Positions 9,323 through 19,142 of a DNA stretch of 52,545 nucleotides are shown here, piece by piece; the stretch's first letter is position 1; every line of letters starts with the position of its first letter. Made by a program: the position numbers and the translations under genes. The notes under the pieces were generated by a model. It had not been told where the DNA came from. It worked only from the letters and a program-made list of their open reading frames with translations, and searched no databases. Where the stretch lies: contig JBDRNU010000002.1 of NCBI GenBank assembly GCA_043810775.1, forward strand, positions 1 to 52,545, in the 5' to 3' direction. Source of the stretch: an archaeon (GTDB taxonomy: Archaea > Nanobdellota > Nanobdellia > Pacearchaeales > GW2011-AR1).

Positions 9323-10102
9323 ATGACAATTAGATTTGGTCCTGCTGGACTTGGAGGAGTAAAAGAGGCGCTTGACACTCTTGAGGATTATAATAAGATG
9401 GGATTAAGAGCCTGTGAGATAGCTTTTACTTATGGAGTTTATATAAAAAATAAAGAGGACGCTGAAAAAATAGGCAAGAAAGCCAGGGAGCTAGATATAA
9501 GGCTGAGCATTCATGCCCCTTACTGGATAAACTTGAATTCAGCAGAGAAAAAAAAGATTCAGGAAAGCAAGATAAGAATTCTAAATTGCTGCAAGGTCGG
9601 CGAGTGGCTTCAGGCTAAGAAAGTGGTGTTTCATCCAGGATATTACGGCAAGATGGATGAAAAAATAACTTATGAAAATATTAAAAGAGAGATAATTGAA
9701 CTGGAAAAAGAAATAAAGAAAAACAAGTGGAAAATTAAGCTTGCTCCTGAAACTACAGGAAAGGTGAATGTTTTTGGAAAAGAAGAAGAAATCCTGAAAC
9801 TTGTTAAGGATACTGGATGCTCATTTACAATTGATTTCGCACATTTACATGCAAGAAGCCAGGGCAAGATGAGCTACAAAGAAATGTATGACAAAGTTAA
9901 AAGCTTTGAAAGTCTGCACTGCCATTTTTCCGGAATTGAATATTCAAGCAAGGGAGAGAGAAGGCATGCAGATACTCCTGATGCTGAAATAAAGAAGCTT
10001 CTTTCTGTACTTCCAAAAAATAAAGATATAACTATTATTAATGAGGCCCCTAATCCCCCAAGAGATGCTACTAGAATGCTTAAGCTCTGGAAAAGTTTAT
10101 AA
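9323..10102 (+). CDS. nfo: Endonuclease IV (AP endonuclease family 2)
   Basis: SIHAPYWINL, VFHPG, PETTGK, DFAHLHA, HCHFSGIEY, ERRH motifs. Confidence 0.9.
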   Translation: MTIRFGPAGLGGVKEALDTLEDYNKMGLRACEIAFTYGVYIKNKEDAEKIGKKARELDIRLSIHAPYWINLNSAEKKKIQESKIRILNCCKVGEWLQAKKVVFHPGYYGKMDEKITYENIKREIIELEKEIKKNKWKIKLAPETTGKVNVFGKEEEILKLVKDTGCSFTIDFAHLHARSQGKMSYKEMYDKVKSFESLHCHFSGIEYSSKGERRHADTPDAEIKKLLSVLPKNKDITIINEAPNPPRDATRMLKLWKSL

Positions 10103-10126
10103 ATAAGTTATTTCTAGGCTAGTGAA

Positions 10127-10450
10127 ATGGATATTCCAGATAAATACAAAGGAAATTACTGCGCTGTAGTTTCAATGGTTTCTTCTAGTGATAAAGAAAG
10201 ATATAAAAGATATGAGGTAGCTAAGATTGACCCAGCTGTTAAAGAAGGAAAAGAAACAGTTGACAATGAAAGACTAGATAAAAATACAGATTTATCAGCT
10301 AAAGTAGGCGATAGAGTTGTATTAGTTATTAAAGGGATTAACATTGAGGGGTGGGGGAGGGTTGCTGGATATGTTGAAAATAAAGACCCTAATGAATTAG
10401 TTATTATTGAGGAACTGGAAGAAGGCATTGCAAAAGAATTAAAGCTATAA
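10127..10450 (+). CDS. Hypothetical protein
   Basis: 107-aa ORF. Confidence 0.5.
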   Translation: MDIPDKYKGNYCAVVSMVSSSDKERYKRYEVAKIDPAVKEGKETVDNERLDKNTDLSAKVGDRVVLVIKGINIEGWGRVAGYVENKDPNELVIIEELEEGIAKELKL

Positions 10451-10452
10451 AT

Positions 10453-10833
10453 TTAAAATCCTTTAAGCTCGCCCAGCAGTAAGCTATTAAAAATTACTTT
10501 TGACTTCTTAATTTTCTGCTTTACAAACTGCTTATTTTGCTTTAGCAAGGATTTTATTCTGTTTAGGGGAACTATATCTATTTTATAATCTTCAGTTGCA
10601 ATCTGCTTATTAATTTCAGAAGAAATAACTAGTATCTCAACTTTTTTTTCCTGACTAACTATATAAATTCCAATTATATTTTCAAGATAATTTTCAAGAA
10701 TTTTTAAAACATCTTTTTTTATGTTCAGGGGCCTCCTGATGACGGAAATTTTAACTTCACTGCCAAGCAAAGACCTTGGAAGAATAACTCCTGCTGAATT
10801 TCCTACCTTAACAGCTTTCTTTATGAATTCCAT
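10453..10833 (-). CDS. AbrB/MazE-like (DUF2080-type) DNA-binding domain fused to a degenerate nucleotidyltransferase-like domain
   Basis: KAVKVGNSAGVILPRSLLG N-terminus; IIGIYIV in C-terminal part lacks the GS..DxD motif. Confidence 0.6.
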   Translation of the reverse strand: MEFIKKAVKVGNSAGVILPRSLLGSEVKISVIRRPLNIKKDVLKILENYLENIIGIYIVSQEKKVEILVISSEINKQIATEDYKIDIVPLNRIKSLLKQNKQFVKQKIKKSKVIFNSLLLGELKGF

Positions 10834-10849
10834 TTTTCTCTGTTATTAC

Positions 10850-10863
10850 AGTGTTATAACACT
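10850..10863. promoter_or_regulatory. 14-bp perfect palindrome AGTGTTATAACACT (putative operator)
   Basis: Between the minus-strand TATA and the start of the AbrB-like gene. Confidence 0.45.
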
Positions 10864-10976
10864 ATATAAATTTAACCTGTATTTTGTCACTACAGGAAGG
10901 TAGCATAAATGTAACTACCATAAAGTTTATAAACAAAAATAACTGTGCTTGTATAATTAAAATTAAACTTTATAAA

Positions 10977-12200
10977 ATGAACCAAAAAGCAATTTTGGTT
11001 TCCTTGATTTCAGTGATGGCACTAGTTTATTTAACTAGTTTAGTAAGTGCTGGGTTGGTTTCAGGTGGCCTTGATGTTTCAGTTAATGGCATCGAAGTTA
11101 CTGAAGACGGTGTTACTACAATTGGCGCATTTGCTGGTGAGAATATACCTATCAGAGTAGTTTTTACTGCAGATGAAAACGCTGATGATGTCAGATTAAA
11201 AGCCTGGATCGGAGGCTATAGATCTGATGTTGAAGATGAAACATCTAGATTCAATACCATCTCAGGAAGTACTTACAGTAAGCTACTTTCTTTAGACTTA
11301 CCTGATGACTTAGATCCTGCAGAAGAATTTACTCTTTATTTAAGAGTAGAGTCAAAGACTCAAAGCCATGAAGAAAACTTTGACTTATTGATTCAAAGAG
11401 AATCATATGTCTTAGAAATTCTTTCAGCAGATTTATCTAGTTCTGTAACTGCCGGCGAAAGCGCCTATTTAGATATAGTGGTTAAGAACAGAGGATATGA
11501 AAGGCTTGACGATGTCTATGTAAAAGTTTCTTCAGAGGACTTAGGTATATCAAAGACAGCTTACTACGGAGATTTAACTGCAACAGATGATTGTGATGAC
11601 TGTGACAATGATGATGCACAGGAAAGGAGAATTTATTTCGATGTTCCTGCTAGTGCAGCTTCAGGTGCATACACTCTTAAAGTAGAAGCTTATACAGATG
11701 ATGTATCAACTTCTATGAACAAGAACTTGGTTGTTAGCGGGTCTGAGCAAAGGTCAGAAGTCTTAGTTCCTATATCATCTAAGGAAGTAGCAGTTAACGA
11801 TGAAGTTACATATGACTTGCTAATTATTAACAGAGGCAATGGACTTGCTGTTTACGAAGTAATTCCAGAATCTGTAAGTAATTTAATTGTCAGTGTAGAT
11901 TCTCCAATAGTGACTGTGCAAGGTGGAACAAGTCAGGTAGTTAAGGTAACTGTAAGGTCTGCAAATGTCCAAGGAAGCTACAGCTGGAACTTGAATGTTG
12001 AAAGTGACGGTGAATTAGTTGATGTAGTTACTCTACAAACTAAGGTAGTTTCAAGTACTGGATCAAGTGCAGGTGTTGACAGTATTGTAATCTTAACTAT
12101 AGTGCTGGTAATAGTATTCGTAGTACTATTAATAGTGCTGATAGTTTTACTTTCAAGGAAACCTAGAAAGGAAGAAGAATTCGGAGAAAGCTACTATTAA
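10977..12200 (+). CDS. Cell-surface/S-layer-like protein with Ig-like (CARDB-type) domains and C-terminal TM anchor
   Basis: Signal peptide from ATG 10977, VKNRG and IINRGN Ig motifs, acidic composition, C-terminal TM plus EEFGESYY tail. Confidence 0.7.
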   Translation: MNQKAILVSLISVMALVYLTSLVSAGLVSGGLDVSVNGIEVTEDGVTTIGAFAGENIPIRVVFTADENADDVRLKAWIGGYRSDVEDETSRFNTISGSTYSKLLSLDLPDDLDPAEEFTLYLRVESKTQSHEENFDLLIQRESYVLEILSADLSSSVTAGESAYLDIVVKNRGYERLDDVYVKVSSEDLGISKTAYYGDLTATDDCDDCDNDDAQERRIYFDVPASAASGAYTLKVEAYTDDVSTSMNKNLVVSGSEQRSEVLVPISSKEVAVNDEVTYDLLIINRGNGLAVYEVIPESVSNLIVSVDSPIVTVQGGTSQVVKVTVRSANVQGSYSWNLNVESDGELVDVVTLQTKVVSSTGSSAGVDSIVILTIVLVIVFVVLLIVLIVLLSRKPRKEEEFGESYY

Positions 12201-12201
12201 A

Positions 12202-12260
12202 ATTTTTTTATTTTTTTAGCTTTTTTCCATTTTTTTATTTTTATTTTTTTTATTTTTTTA
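12202..12260 (+). terminator. Oligo-T terminator tract
   Basis: Multiple T6-T8 runs immediately after the stop. Confidence 0.55.
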
Positions 12261-12282
12261 GCTTAAGATTTTCAGAAAGAAT

Positions 12283-12762
12283 ATGGTAAAAACAATAAAA
12301 AAATACCAGTGTGAGATATGCTCAGGAATATATAAAGAAGAAGATAGAGCTATAAACTGTGAGGGTGTAGGACAGCCAAAGATTCTTACTAAAGGGCAAG
12401 TTGTCTTTCTTGAAAATTCCAGTCCAACTGGCAAGAATAGATATTTAGATATTAGTGTTTTAGAGGGCCCTCAAGAAATTTTGCAAGAAACCCATGATGT
12501 TGTTTATCATACAAAAAGAGTTAGAGTATTTACACCAACAAATATATTAAAAGCAATACTCCTGGAAAGTTTCACATATGTTGGAGGGCTTGGAGGGATT
12601 ATTATAACAGATAAAGAAGGCACAGTAATTCCATCAGACAGAGAGAATATAGTGGAAAGAGCTGATATTCAACGAAAACTTGAAAAGCTTTGCCAAGATA
12701 GCTTATTTATAGGAGCTTGTGGAGAATCTGGTATTAGTGTTAGTGAAATTTTGAAAAGTTAA
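12283..12762 (+). CDS. Hypothetical protein, N-terminal CxxC
   Basis: YQCEICS...C. Confidence 0.55.
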   Translation: MVKTIKKYQCEICSGIYKEEDRAINCEGVGQPKILTKGQVVFLENSSPTGKNRYLDISVLEGPQEILQETHDVVYHTKRVRVFTPTNILKAILLESFTYVGGLGGIIITDKEGTVIPSDRENIVERADIQRKLEKLCQDSLFIGACGESGISVSEILKS

Positions 12763-12786
12763 TTTAAACTTAAGAGGATAATTAAA

Positions 12787-13245
12787 ATGGGATTTAAACC
12801 AGCAAAAGATGTATATGAATGTGATGCTTGTGGAAATATAGGTAGAAGAGAAGAAATAGCAAAGCACTTGGAATTGCCAGAGCCTGTAGTATTATCTCCA
12901 GGAAGTGTTTTTAGAACTAAAAATTATACTGATGCTGGTTCTGGTGAAAGAGAATATTATATTATTCAAAAAGGAAAGCCATTTATTAATATGGAACATA
13001 ATATAGAGTATCCTTCTCTTGTGCTAGGTGATAATCATCGTGGAATAGTTTTTTATTCTAAAGATGAGGAAAGAATTTTAGTTTCTGCAAATGGGGGTGA
13101 TATGATTATCCCAGGACTGGTAGTTGAGGTATTAAAAGAAGAAGGGATAAACCGTTTATGCAGAGCTAATGAAGAGTTTGCAGAGTTTTACGAATGGGCA
13201 ATAAACAGTGAAGGAATACGAACTAGTGATTTTGAAGAAGATTAA
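12787..13245 (+). CDS. Hypothetical protein, N-terminal CxxC (distant paralog of previous)
   Basis: YECDACG...H; similar layout (L..G.VF, H...Y). Confidence 0.55.
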   Translation: MGFKPAKDVYECDACGNIGRREEIAKHLELPEPVVLSPGSVFRTKNYTDAGSGEREYYIIQKGKPFINMEHNIEYPSLVLGDNHRGIVFYSKDEERILVSANGGDMIIPGLVVEVLKEEGINRLCRANEEFAEFYEWAINSEGIRTSDFEED

Positions 13246-13289
13246 ACTTCAAGACTTAAATTTATAAATTAGTATTTATCTTGATTCTT

Positions 13290-13721
13290 ATGGCAAAAGA
13301 AGATAATAATGGAATTTACTGGAGACTTGACAGGTATATTGAAATAATTAAAGCTGAAAATAAAAATTACTTGCAAAGAGCTAAAAAAACTCAAAAAAGC
13401 ATTAAAGCAATTCAGCCCAAGCATATTACGGAAGAGTTTACTTTACAAAGCGCGAAAAAACTTACGCTTGAGGATATTGCAATTGTTATATTTTCTGAAG
13501 AAGCTGCTGAGTTATTAATAAATGTTGCTACTAAATATATTCGAGAAATTGCCAGAAGAATTGAGGATAAATACGGGGAAAATATTCTTGGCGGTGACTA
13601 TTTAACAGCTAAAAGAGAAATTGCAAAAGATTACTTGCACGCACACAAAGGAATAGACTTATCCCCTTTTTATAAAGAGGCAATTGAGGTAGTTAAAAAA
13701 GGATGGGCAGAAAGCCCTTAA
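13290..13721 (+). CDS. Hypothetical protein flanked by exact 19-bp direct repeats
   Basis: ORF with own TATA; start reassigned to ATG 13290. Confidence 0.55.
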   Translation: MAKEDNNGIYWRLDRYIEIIKAENKNYLQRAKKTQKSIKAIQPKHITEEFTLQSAKKLTLEDIAIVIFSEEAAELLINVATKYIREIARRIEDKYGENILGGDYLTAKREIAKDYLHAHKGIDLSPFYKEAIEVVKKGWAESP

Positions 13722-16579
13722 ACTTCAAGACTTAAAATCTTGGAAATTCCGTCCTGCATGCTTATACCATAAAGAATATTTGATTCTGTTATTAGTATAT
13801 CATTATGGGTGACTATAATATACTGGCCTGTTTTCATGAACTTTTTTATCAGAGAAGCCAGCCTTTCTGAATTTCTCTTATCCAGGGCTGCATCAACTTC
13901 ATCAAAAATATAGAAAGAGTAGGGCTTGAACTCCTGAATTGCAAAAATAAGTGATAAAGCCACTAAAGTTTTCTCGCCTCCAGAAAGAGAGGTCACATCA
14001 AAATACTTGCCTTTTCCTAATTTAATGAGAATATCTAAACCTGCAGAAAAAGGCTCATCTTTGTTCTCGAGATTGAGAAAAGCTTCGCCTTTTGTGGAAA
14101 GCTGGAGGAAATTTCTAGTAAATAATTCATTTACAGAGTTTAGTGTTTTTAAGAAGGATTTCTTCTTTTTAGTGTCAATTTCCTGAATTATTTTGAGAAT
14201 TTCCTCTTTTTCAGTGTTAAGCCTGGCAACTTTTTCTGCTACTGAATCATACTCTTTTTTAATTTCATCATAAACTTCGAGAGCTCGAAGATTAACTGAA
14301 CCAATAACCTGGACAGAGTGCTCGGCTTTTTCCAGTTTTTCCTGGAGCTGTGATAAAGCCAGGGGGAGAATTTTCACCTGCCTAAAAGGCTCTAAATCAA
14401 CTTCAAGAGTTTCAATTTCTGCTGAAACTTTAGCCCGGCCAATTTTATCATTATTTATTGATTCATCTGAAACACTTAGCTTATGCTGAACTTCAAGAAG
14501 CTTTGAGTTTTCTTCATGTATATTTTTCTGAAGGTCGGTTCTCTCCTGAAATAGTTTTTTGAATCTTTCCTGCAACTGCTTTTCCTGTGCATCTTTTTTT
14601 ACAAGAGCTTTTTCATTTTGCTCAATTTCTGAAGAAAGAGATTTTACTTCAGACTCCAACTCAGACTCATCACGGAAAGTCTGCTTAACTATGAGCTTGA
14701 TTTTCTCCAAATCACGAATTTTAAATTCAAGCTCTGCATCTATATTTTTCTCGCTTCTAGAAGATATTTCCTCAACTTCAATTAATAATCTGTCATATCT
14801 TTCTTCAATATTCTTGTTCTTATGGTAATCCTTTTCAAGGAAATCCTTTTCCTTACTAAGTTCGGATATATCTTTATGAAGTATTTTTTCTTCATTTAGA
14901 AGCTTGGCAAGATGTTGTTTTCTGCTATTGATATTTCCAAGCTTGACCAGCTCAATATTTTTATCTGCAATTTCCTGCTTAATTAAATCAATTTTTCCAG
15001 ATAGCTCCTCAATGCTACTAGTGAGAGATTTGAGATTGTCTAAAGACTCACTAAGCTGTTTTTTGTTTTCTTTTATTTTAGCTTCAGAATCATCAAAAAC
15101 ATGCTTGATATGCTCTTGTGTTATTTTTGATTTGCAAAGAGGACAAATATCAATTTTTCCCACTTGTTTTTTAATTTTTTCCAAATTTAAAATTTCTGAT
15201 TCACAGACAGAGATTAATTTTTCCAATTCAGTTTTGGTTTGATGATTGCTGGAAAGATTAGCTGAAAGAGAGATTAGTTCTGCATTAAGCTTCTTTAGTT
15301 TTTCCCTGCAGGAATCTGGTGTTTTTTCCTTGGTTTGCAACTCTAGTGACTCAATTTCCTGCAAGGTAAAATCTGACTCATTTTTTGATTTTTGAATCTG
15401 TTTTTCCCTGTCTAGAATTCTTATTTTTATGGAGTCTAGTTTAGCTGAAAGGGAATAGAATTTTTTCCTGTCCAGCTCTGCCTGGTCTAGCTCGCGCCTC
15501 TTGCTTTCTAAGTCTTCTTGCTTTTTGGCTTGCAATCCTTTCTTTTTTAGTTCAGATATCTCTTTTTCAAAGTGCTTTATATCTTCAGAAAGAGCTTCTC
15601 TTCTTTCAAGTATCTCGGAAATTCTTGACTCCATATTCTCTTTCCTGACTGTCAAGCCGGCAAGTTCCTCGCGGAGCTCTGTTACCTGGTTATGAAGAGT
15701 TTCTTGCTCTAGGCCGGTTGACTTCTGGATAGAAGAATTAATCTGCTCAACTTTTTCTTCGTATGTTTGGATTAGCTTTTGTGTTTCCTGAATATGCGCT
15801 TTTATTTTGTCCTTTTGGGTTTGCTTTTTATCAATTTCTGATTCTATCCTAGAAAGGTCTTTTTTCTTGTCACCTATTTTTCTTGCAAGAATAGAAGCTT
15901 TATAACTTTGAATATTTTCCTCCAGCTGCTTAAACTTGAGGGCTTGCTTTCTTTCTTCTTCAAGGTTTCTGAGATAAGCTGTTCTTTCCCTGAGAATTGC
16001 CGATATTTCCTTTAGCTTTTCTTCTGTCTTACCAAGCTCTCTTAGAGACTTTTCTTTTCTTGACTCATATACTGATATTCCTGCAACTTCTTCCAGAATT
16101 TTTCTTCTTTCTTCAGAATTCATCTTCACTAGGTCCATGATTTCCCCCTGAAGAACTATATTAAAACCATAAGGGTCAATTCCAGCCTGCCCAAGCAGCT
16201 CGAGAACTTCCTGACGAGTTTTTATTACATTATTAATCTTATAGACACTCTGCCCATTAGTCTTGACTCTTCTTTCGACACTCACTTCCTGTTCAGCTAG
16301 AGAGAACTTTTTATCAGAATTATCAAAAATAATTTTTACAGAAGCTTCTTGAGAAGGCTTATGAGTTTTTGTGCCATTAAATATTAAATTAGCAGCTTTT
16401 GCTGCTCTCATTGACTTTATTGAAAGCCTGCCCAGAACAAAACATATGGCATCTGCTATGTTACTTTTGCCAGAGCCATTAGGCCCAACTATTACATTCA
16501 TGGAATTTGTAAAGGGGAGCTCTGTCTCTGAAGCAAATGACTTAAATCCTTTCATCACCAGTTTTTTCACATAAGGCAT
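13718..16579 (-). CDS. smc: SMC-family ATPase with central CxxC in place of a hinge
   Basis: GFKSF, GPNGSGKSN, LSGGEK, FDEVDAALD, VNLRA motifs; coiled coils; CPLC at aa ~479 of 953. Confidence 0.85.
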   Translation of the reverse strand: MPYVKKLVMKGFKSFASETELPFTNSMNVIVGPNGSGKSNIADAICFVLGRLSIKSMRAAKAANLIFNGTKTHKPSQEASVKIIFDNSDKKFSLAEQEVSVERRVKTNGQSVYKINNVIKTRQEVLELLGQAGIDPYGFNIVLQGEIMDLVKMNSEERRKILEEVAGISVYESRKEKSLRELGKTEEKLKEISAILRERTAYLRNLEEERKQALKFKQLEENIQSYKASILARKIGDKKKDLSRIESEIDKKQTQKDKIKAHIQETQKLIQTYEEKVEQINSSIQKSTGLEQETLHNQVTELREELAGLTVRKENMESRISEILERREALSEDIKHFEKEISELKKKGLQAKKQEDLESKRRELDQAELDRKKFYSLSAKLDSIKIRILDREKQIQKSKNESDFTLQEIESLELQTKEKTPDSCREKLKKLNAELISLSANLSSNHQTKTELEKLISVCESEILNLEKIKKQVGKIDICPLCKSKITQEHIKHVFDDSEAKIKENKKQLSESLDNLKSLTSSIEELSGKIDLIKQEIADKNIELVKLGNINSRKQHLAKLLNEEKILHKDISELSKEKDFLEKDYHKNKNIEERYDRLLIEVEEISSRSEKNIDAELEFKIRDLEKIKLIVKQTFRDESELESEVKSLSSEIEQNEKALVKKDAQEKQLQERFKKLFQERTDLQKNIHEENSKLLEVQHKLSVSDESINNDKIGRAKVSAEIETLEVDLEPFRQVKILPLALSQLQEKLEKAEHSVQVIGSVNLRALEVYDEIKKEYDSVAEKVARLNTEKEEILKIIQEIDTKKKKSFLKTLNSVNELFTRNFLQLSTKGEAFLNLENKDEPFSAGLDILIKLGKGKYFDVTSLSGGEKTLVALSLIFAIQEFKPYSFYIFDEVDAALDKRNSERLASLIKKFMKTGQYIIVTHNDILITESNILYGISMQDGISKILSLEV

Positions 16580-16680
16580 GAAAAATTGAAACTAGAGATG
16601 TATTTAAAGTTTATTTAATTAAAATAAGGGATATACTCTATTAAAATAATGTTTATAATCTTAAGAATTAAAGTTATTGT

Positions 16681-17874
16681 ATGAAAGTTTTGATAAATGA
16701 TGGTATGCATAAAGCAGGTATTGACTTATTCCATAAAAATGAAATTGTGACTGATATTAATAAAAGAAATCCAAGTGAATTAGTCCAAATTATTCATGAT
16801 TTTGATGCTTTAGTAGTAAGAAGTAGAACCCAAGTTTCAGAAAATATAATAGAGGCTGGTGCTAATGGGAAGTTAAAAATTATTGGAAGAGCTGGTGTCG
16901 GTTATGATAATGTTGATATTAAGAACGCTTCTAAATATGGAATTGTAGTTAAATTTGCGCCTTATGGTAATACTAACTCTACTGCTGAGTTATCTTTAGG
17001 ATTAATGTTTAATGTTGCAAGGAATATTGTTCAATCTCATTATTCATTAAAGCAAGGTATTTGGAGGAAAAAAGATTTTGAAGGAACTGAATTGGCCGGT
17101 AAGACCTTAGGAATTATTGGTTGCGGAAGAATTGGACAGAAACTTGGAGAAAAAGCTAACGCACTTGGTATGACAGTTATAGGTAATGATCCTTTTCTTG
17201 AAGCTGTTTGCAAAAATTTCCCTGAGTCTAAAATAAAGTATGTTACAAAAGAAGAGCTATTAGAAACAGCTGATTATGTAAGTTTACATATCTCTGGAAA
17301 AGATGAAGTCATTGGAGAAAATGAGATTGAATTAATGAAACCTTCTGCTATTTTGATCAACGCTTCAAGAGGGAGTAATATCAATGAAGATGCTTTATAT
17401 AAAGCTCTTTTTAATAAAAAGATTAGAGGGGCGGGAATAGATGTCTATAGAAATGAGCCTGATAAAGAAGGAGGAGTATTCACTAGTAAAATAATTAATT
17501 TAGAGAATGTAGTTTTAACTAGTCATCTTGGAGCAAGTACTAAAGAGGCTCAAAAAGAAACTTCAAAAGAAATGGCTCAAGTTACAATTGATTATCTTTT
17601 AAAAGGGGATTTTTCAAATGCTGTTAATGTTGGCGAGACAATTTATTCTGAAGAAGAAGAGCTTTATAATGTATGGGTGTTTCATGAGGATAAACCAGGA
17701 GTTTTTGCTAAAATTGATAGTATTTTTGCTGAATATAATATTAATATCAGAAGACCTGACTCAAGGAAAATGGATGGTGTAGCAATTACTGTTTATTCTG
17801 TTCAACAGAATGTTTCAGAAGAAATTTTAGACAAAATAAGAGAAATTAAGGATATAAGAAGAGTTATAAACTAG
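16681..17874 (+). CDS. serA: D-3-phosphoglycerate dehydrogenase (with ACT domain)
   Basis: GRAGVGYDNVD, GCGRIG, INASRG, HLGASTKEAQ, HEDKPGV. Confidence 0.88.
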   Translation: MKVLINDGMHKAGIDLFHKNEIVTDINKRNPSELVQIIHDFDALVVRSRTQVSENIIEAGANGKLKIIGRAGVGYDNVDIKNASKYGIVVKFAPYGNTNSTAELSLGLMFNVARNIVQSHYSLKQGIWRKKDFEGTELAGKTLGIIGCGRIGQKLGEKANALGMTVIGNDPFLEAVCKNFPESKIKYVTKEELLETADYVSLHISGKDEVIGENEIELMKPSAILINASRGSNINEDALYKALFNKKIRGAGIDVYRNEPDKEGGVFTSKIINLENVVLTSHLGASTKEAQKETSKEMAQVTIDYLLKGDFSNAVNVGETIYSEEEELYNVWVFHEDKPGVFAKIDSIFAEYNINIRRPDSRKMDGVAITVYSVQQNVSEEILDKIREIKDIRRVIN

Positions 17875-18551
17875 AAACTATCCAACTTTTTCTGTTCCTT
17901 GACCTTAGAAGCATTTTTCCAGGTAGCCCAAGTTTCGCGGAATATACCCTCTTTTTTGTAATTTTTAGCATTTCCAGCTAGAAATTTGCAAGTTATAGGA
18001 TCGCTAGGATAGCCAGAACCAAAGTCAATCCCTATTTTTTTCTTTATTTTCTCTATTTCTGCGTCTCTTGTAGTTTTAGCTAATATAGAAGCAGCTGAAA
18101 CAGATATATGATTTTGATCTGCTTTGTGCTCACCAACTATTTTCAAATTTGAACTAGATTGGACATGCTGTTTAAGATAGTCTATCCATTTAGGTATGTT
18201 TGGGGAAGGGCAGTCAAGAATAACTTTAATTTTTGTTTGAGACTCACTTGCAAGATTAATTTTATTGATTATATCAGCTGCTTTTATTGCCTCAATTTTA
18301 TTTAAATTAACGCCTGAATTTGTTCTTGAATCTATCTCATTTGCAGAAGTAATTGAAATTTCAAATTTAATTGCTTTTTCGCGGATAATTGAAGCAAGAA
18401 TCTTGCGCCTATTTGGAGTAAGCTGTTTTGAATCTTTTATTCCCAGCTTGCGAAATTCTTTGTCAAGGCTATCGTCTAGAAGGCAGCCAGCTAAAACCAT
18501 TGGACCTATAACTGGACCTCTTCCAGAATCATCAATACCAAGAGTTAGCAT
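17871..18551 (-). CDS. rnhB: Ribonuclease HII
   Basis: GIDDSGRGPVIGPMV, KDSK, SAASILAK, GSGYPSDP. Confidence 0.95.
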   Translation of the reverse strand: MLTLGIDDSGRGPVIGPMVLAGCLLDDSLDKEFRKLGIKDSKQLTPNRRKILASIIREKAIKFEISITSANEIDSRTNSGVNLNKIEAIKAADIINKINLASESQTKIKVILDCPSPNIPKWIDYLKQHVQSSSNLKIVGEHKADQNHISVSAASILAKTTRDAEIEKIKKKIGIDFGSGYPSDPITCKFLAGNAKNYKKEGIFRETWATWKNASKVKEQKKLDSF

Positions 18552-18626
18552 TTTAAAACTAATTAAAGAGTGTTTTTAAATATTACATAGATAAATTTAA
18601 AAGTGCCTTTGTATCCTATTTCTTAT

Positions 18627-18733
18627 AGCGGGGTGGAGCAGCCTGGAGTGCTCGCAGGGCCCATAACCCTGAGGTCGCGTGGTTCAAAATAGGTTATAGA
18701 AAATCTAGGCCTATGAAATTCCCGCCCCCGCTA
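18627..18733 (+). tRNA. tRNA-iMet(CAT) with 31-nt intron at 59/60 (18689-18719)
   Basis: A1-T72, GGG/CCC anticodon stem, CAT at 18662-18664; BHB with TTCA/TGAA helix and AAA and ATT bulges. Confidence 0.85.
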
Positions 18734-18847
18734 TTTTCTAATTGGTTCTTTTACAAAATTATTAAATTCCTTAATAGAATCAAACTTTGGAATAGTGAGA
18801 TAATAACTTTCATCACAATTAAATTCACAATTAGTCTCATTAATTAC

Positions 18848-19011
18848 GCTCAATCCCATTTACGCCCACCCCCACTCGCTTCCTCACTCGCTATCAAATT
18901 GGGAAAAATGTCTCGTGAGAAAGCTCGGGATTCACCCCATTCACTTTCAAAGTACTCTCTCCAAACTCCTGAGAGATGGGATTTCGTAAGCTCAATCCCA
19001 TTTACGCCCAC
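18848..19011. repeat. 22-bp exact direct repeat of tRNA-Ser 3' end and trailer flanking a 120-bp insert
   Basis: GCTCAATCCCATTTACGCCCAC at 18848-18869 and 18990-19011. Confidence 0.85.
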
Positions 19012-19086
19012 ACCAGGATTCGAACCTGGGAATCCGTGAGGAAACAAGATTAGCAATCTTGCGCCGTACCGCTGGGCCATGTGGGC
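19005..19086 (-). tRNA. tRNA-Ser(GCT)
   Basis: Cloverleaf, CAAGA-TTGCTAA-TCTTG, long variable arm, GGTTCGAATCC, G73. Confidence 0.93.
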
Positions 19087-19142
19087 TATAAAATTAGTAA
19101 GATTATAAGGTATTTTAAGCTTTTCTAAAGCCAAGATTTATA

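Noticed and set aside
18713-19134. ORF-track calls 18713..19039 and 18850..19134
   Set aside because: They overlap tRNA genes and the repeat insert and have no protein motifs
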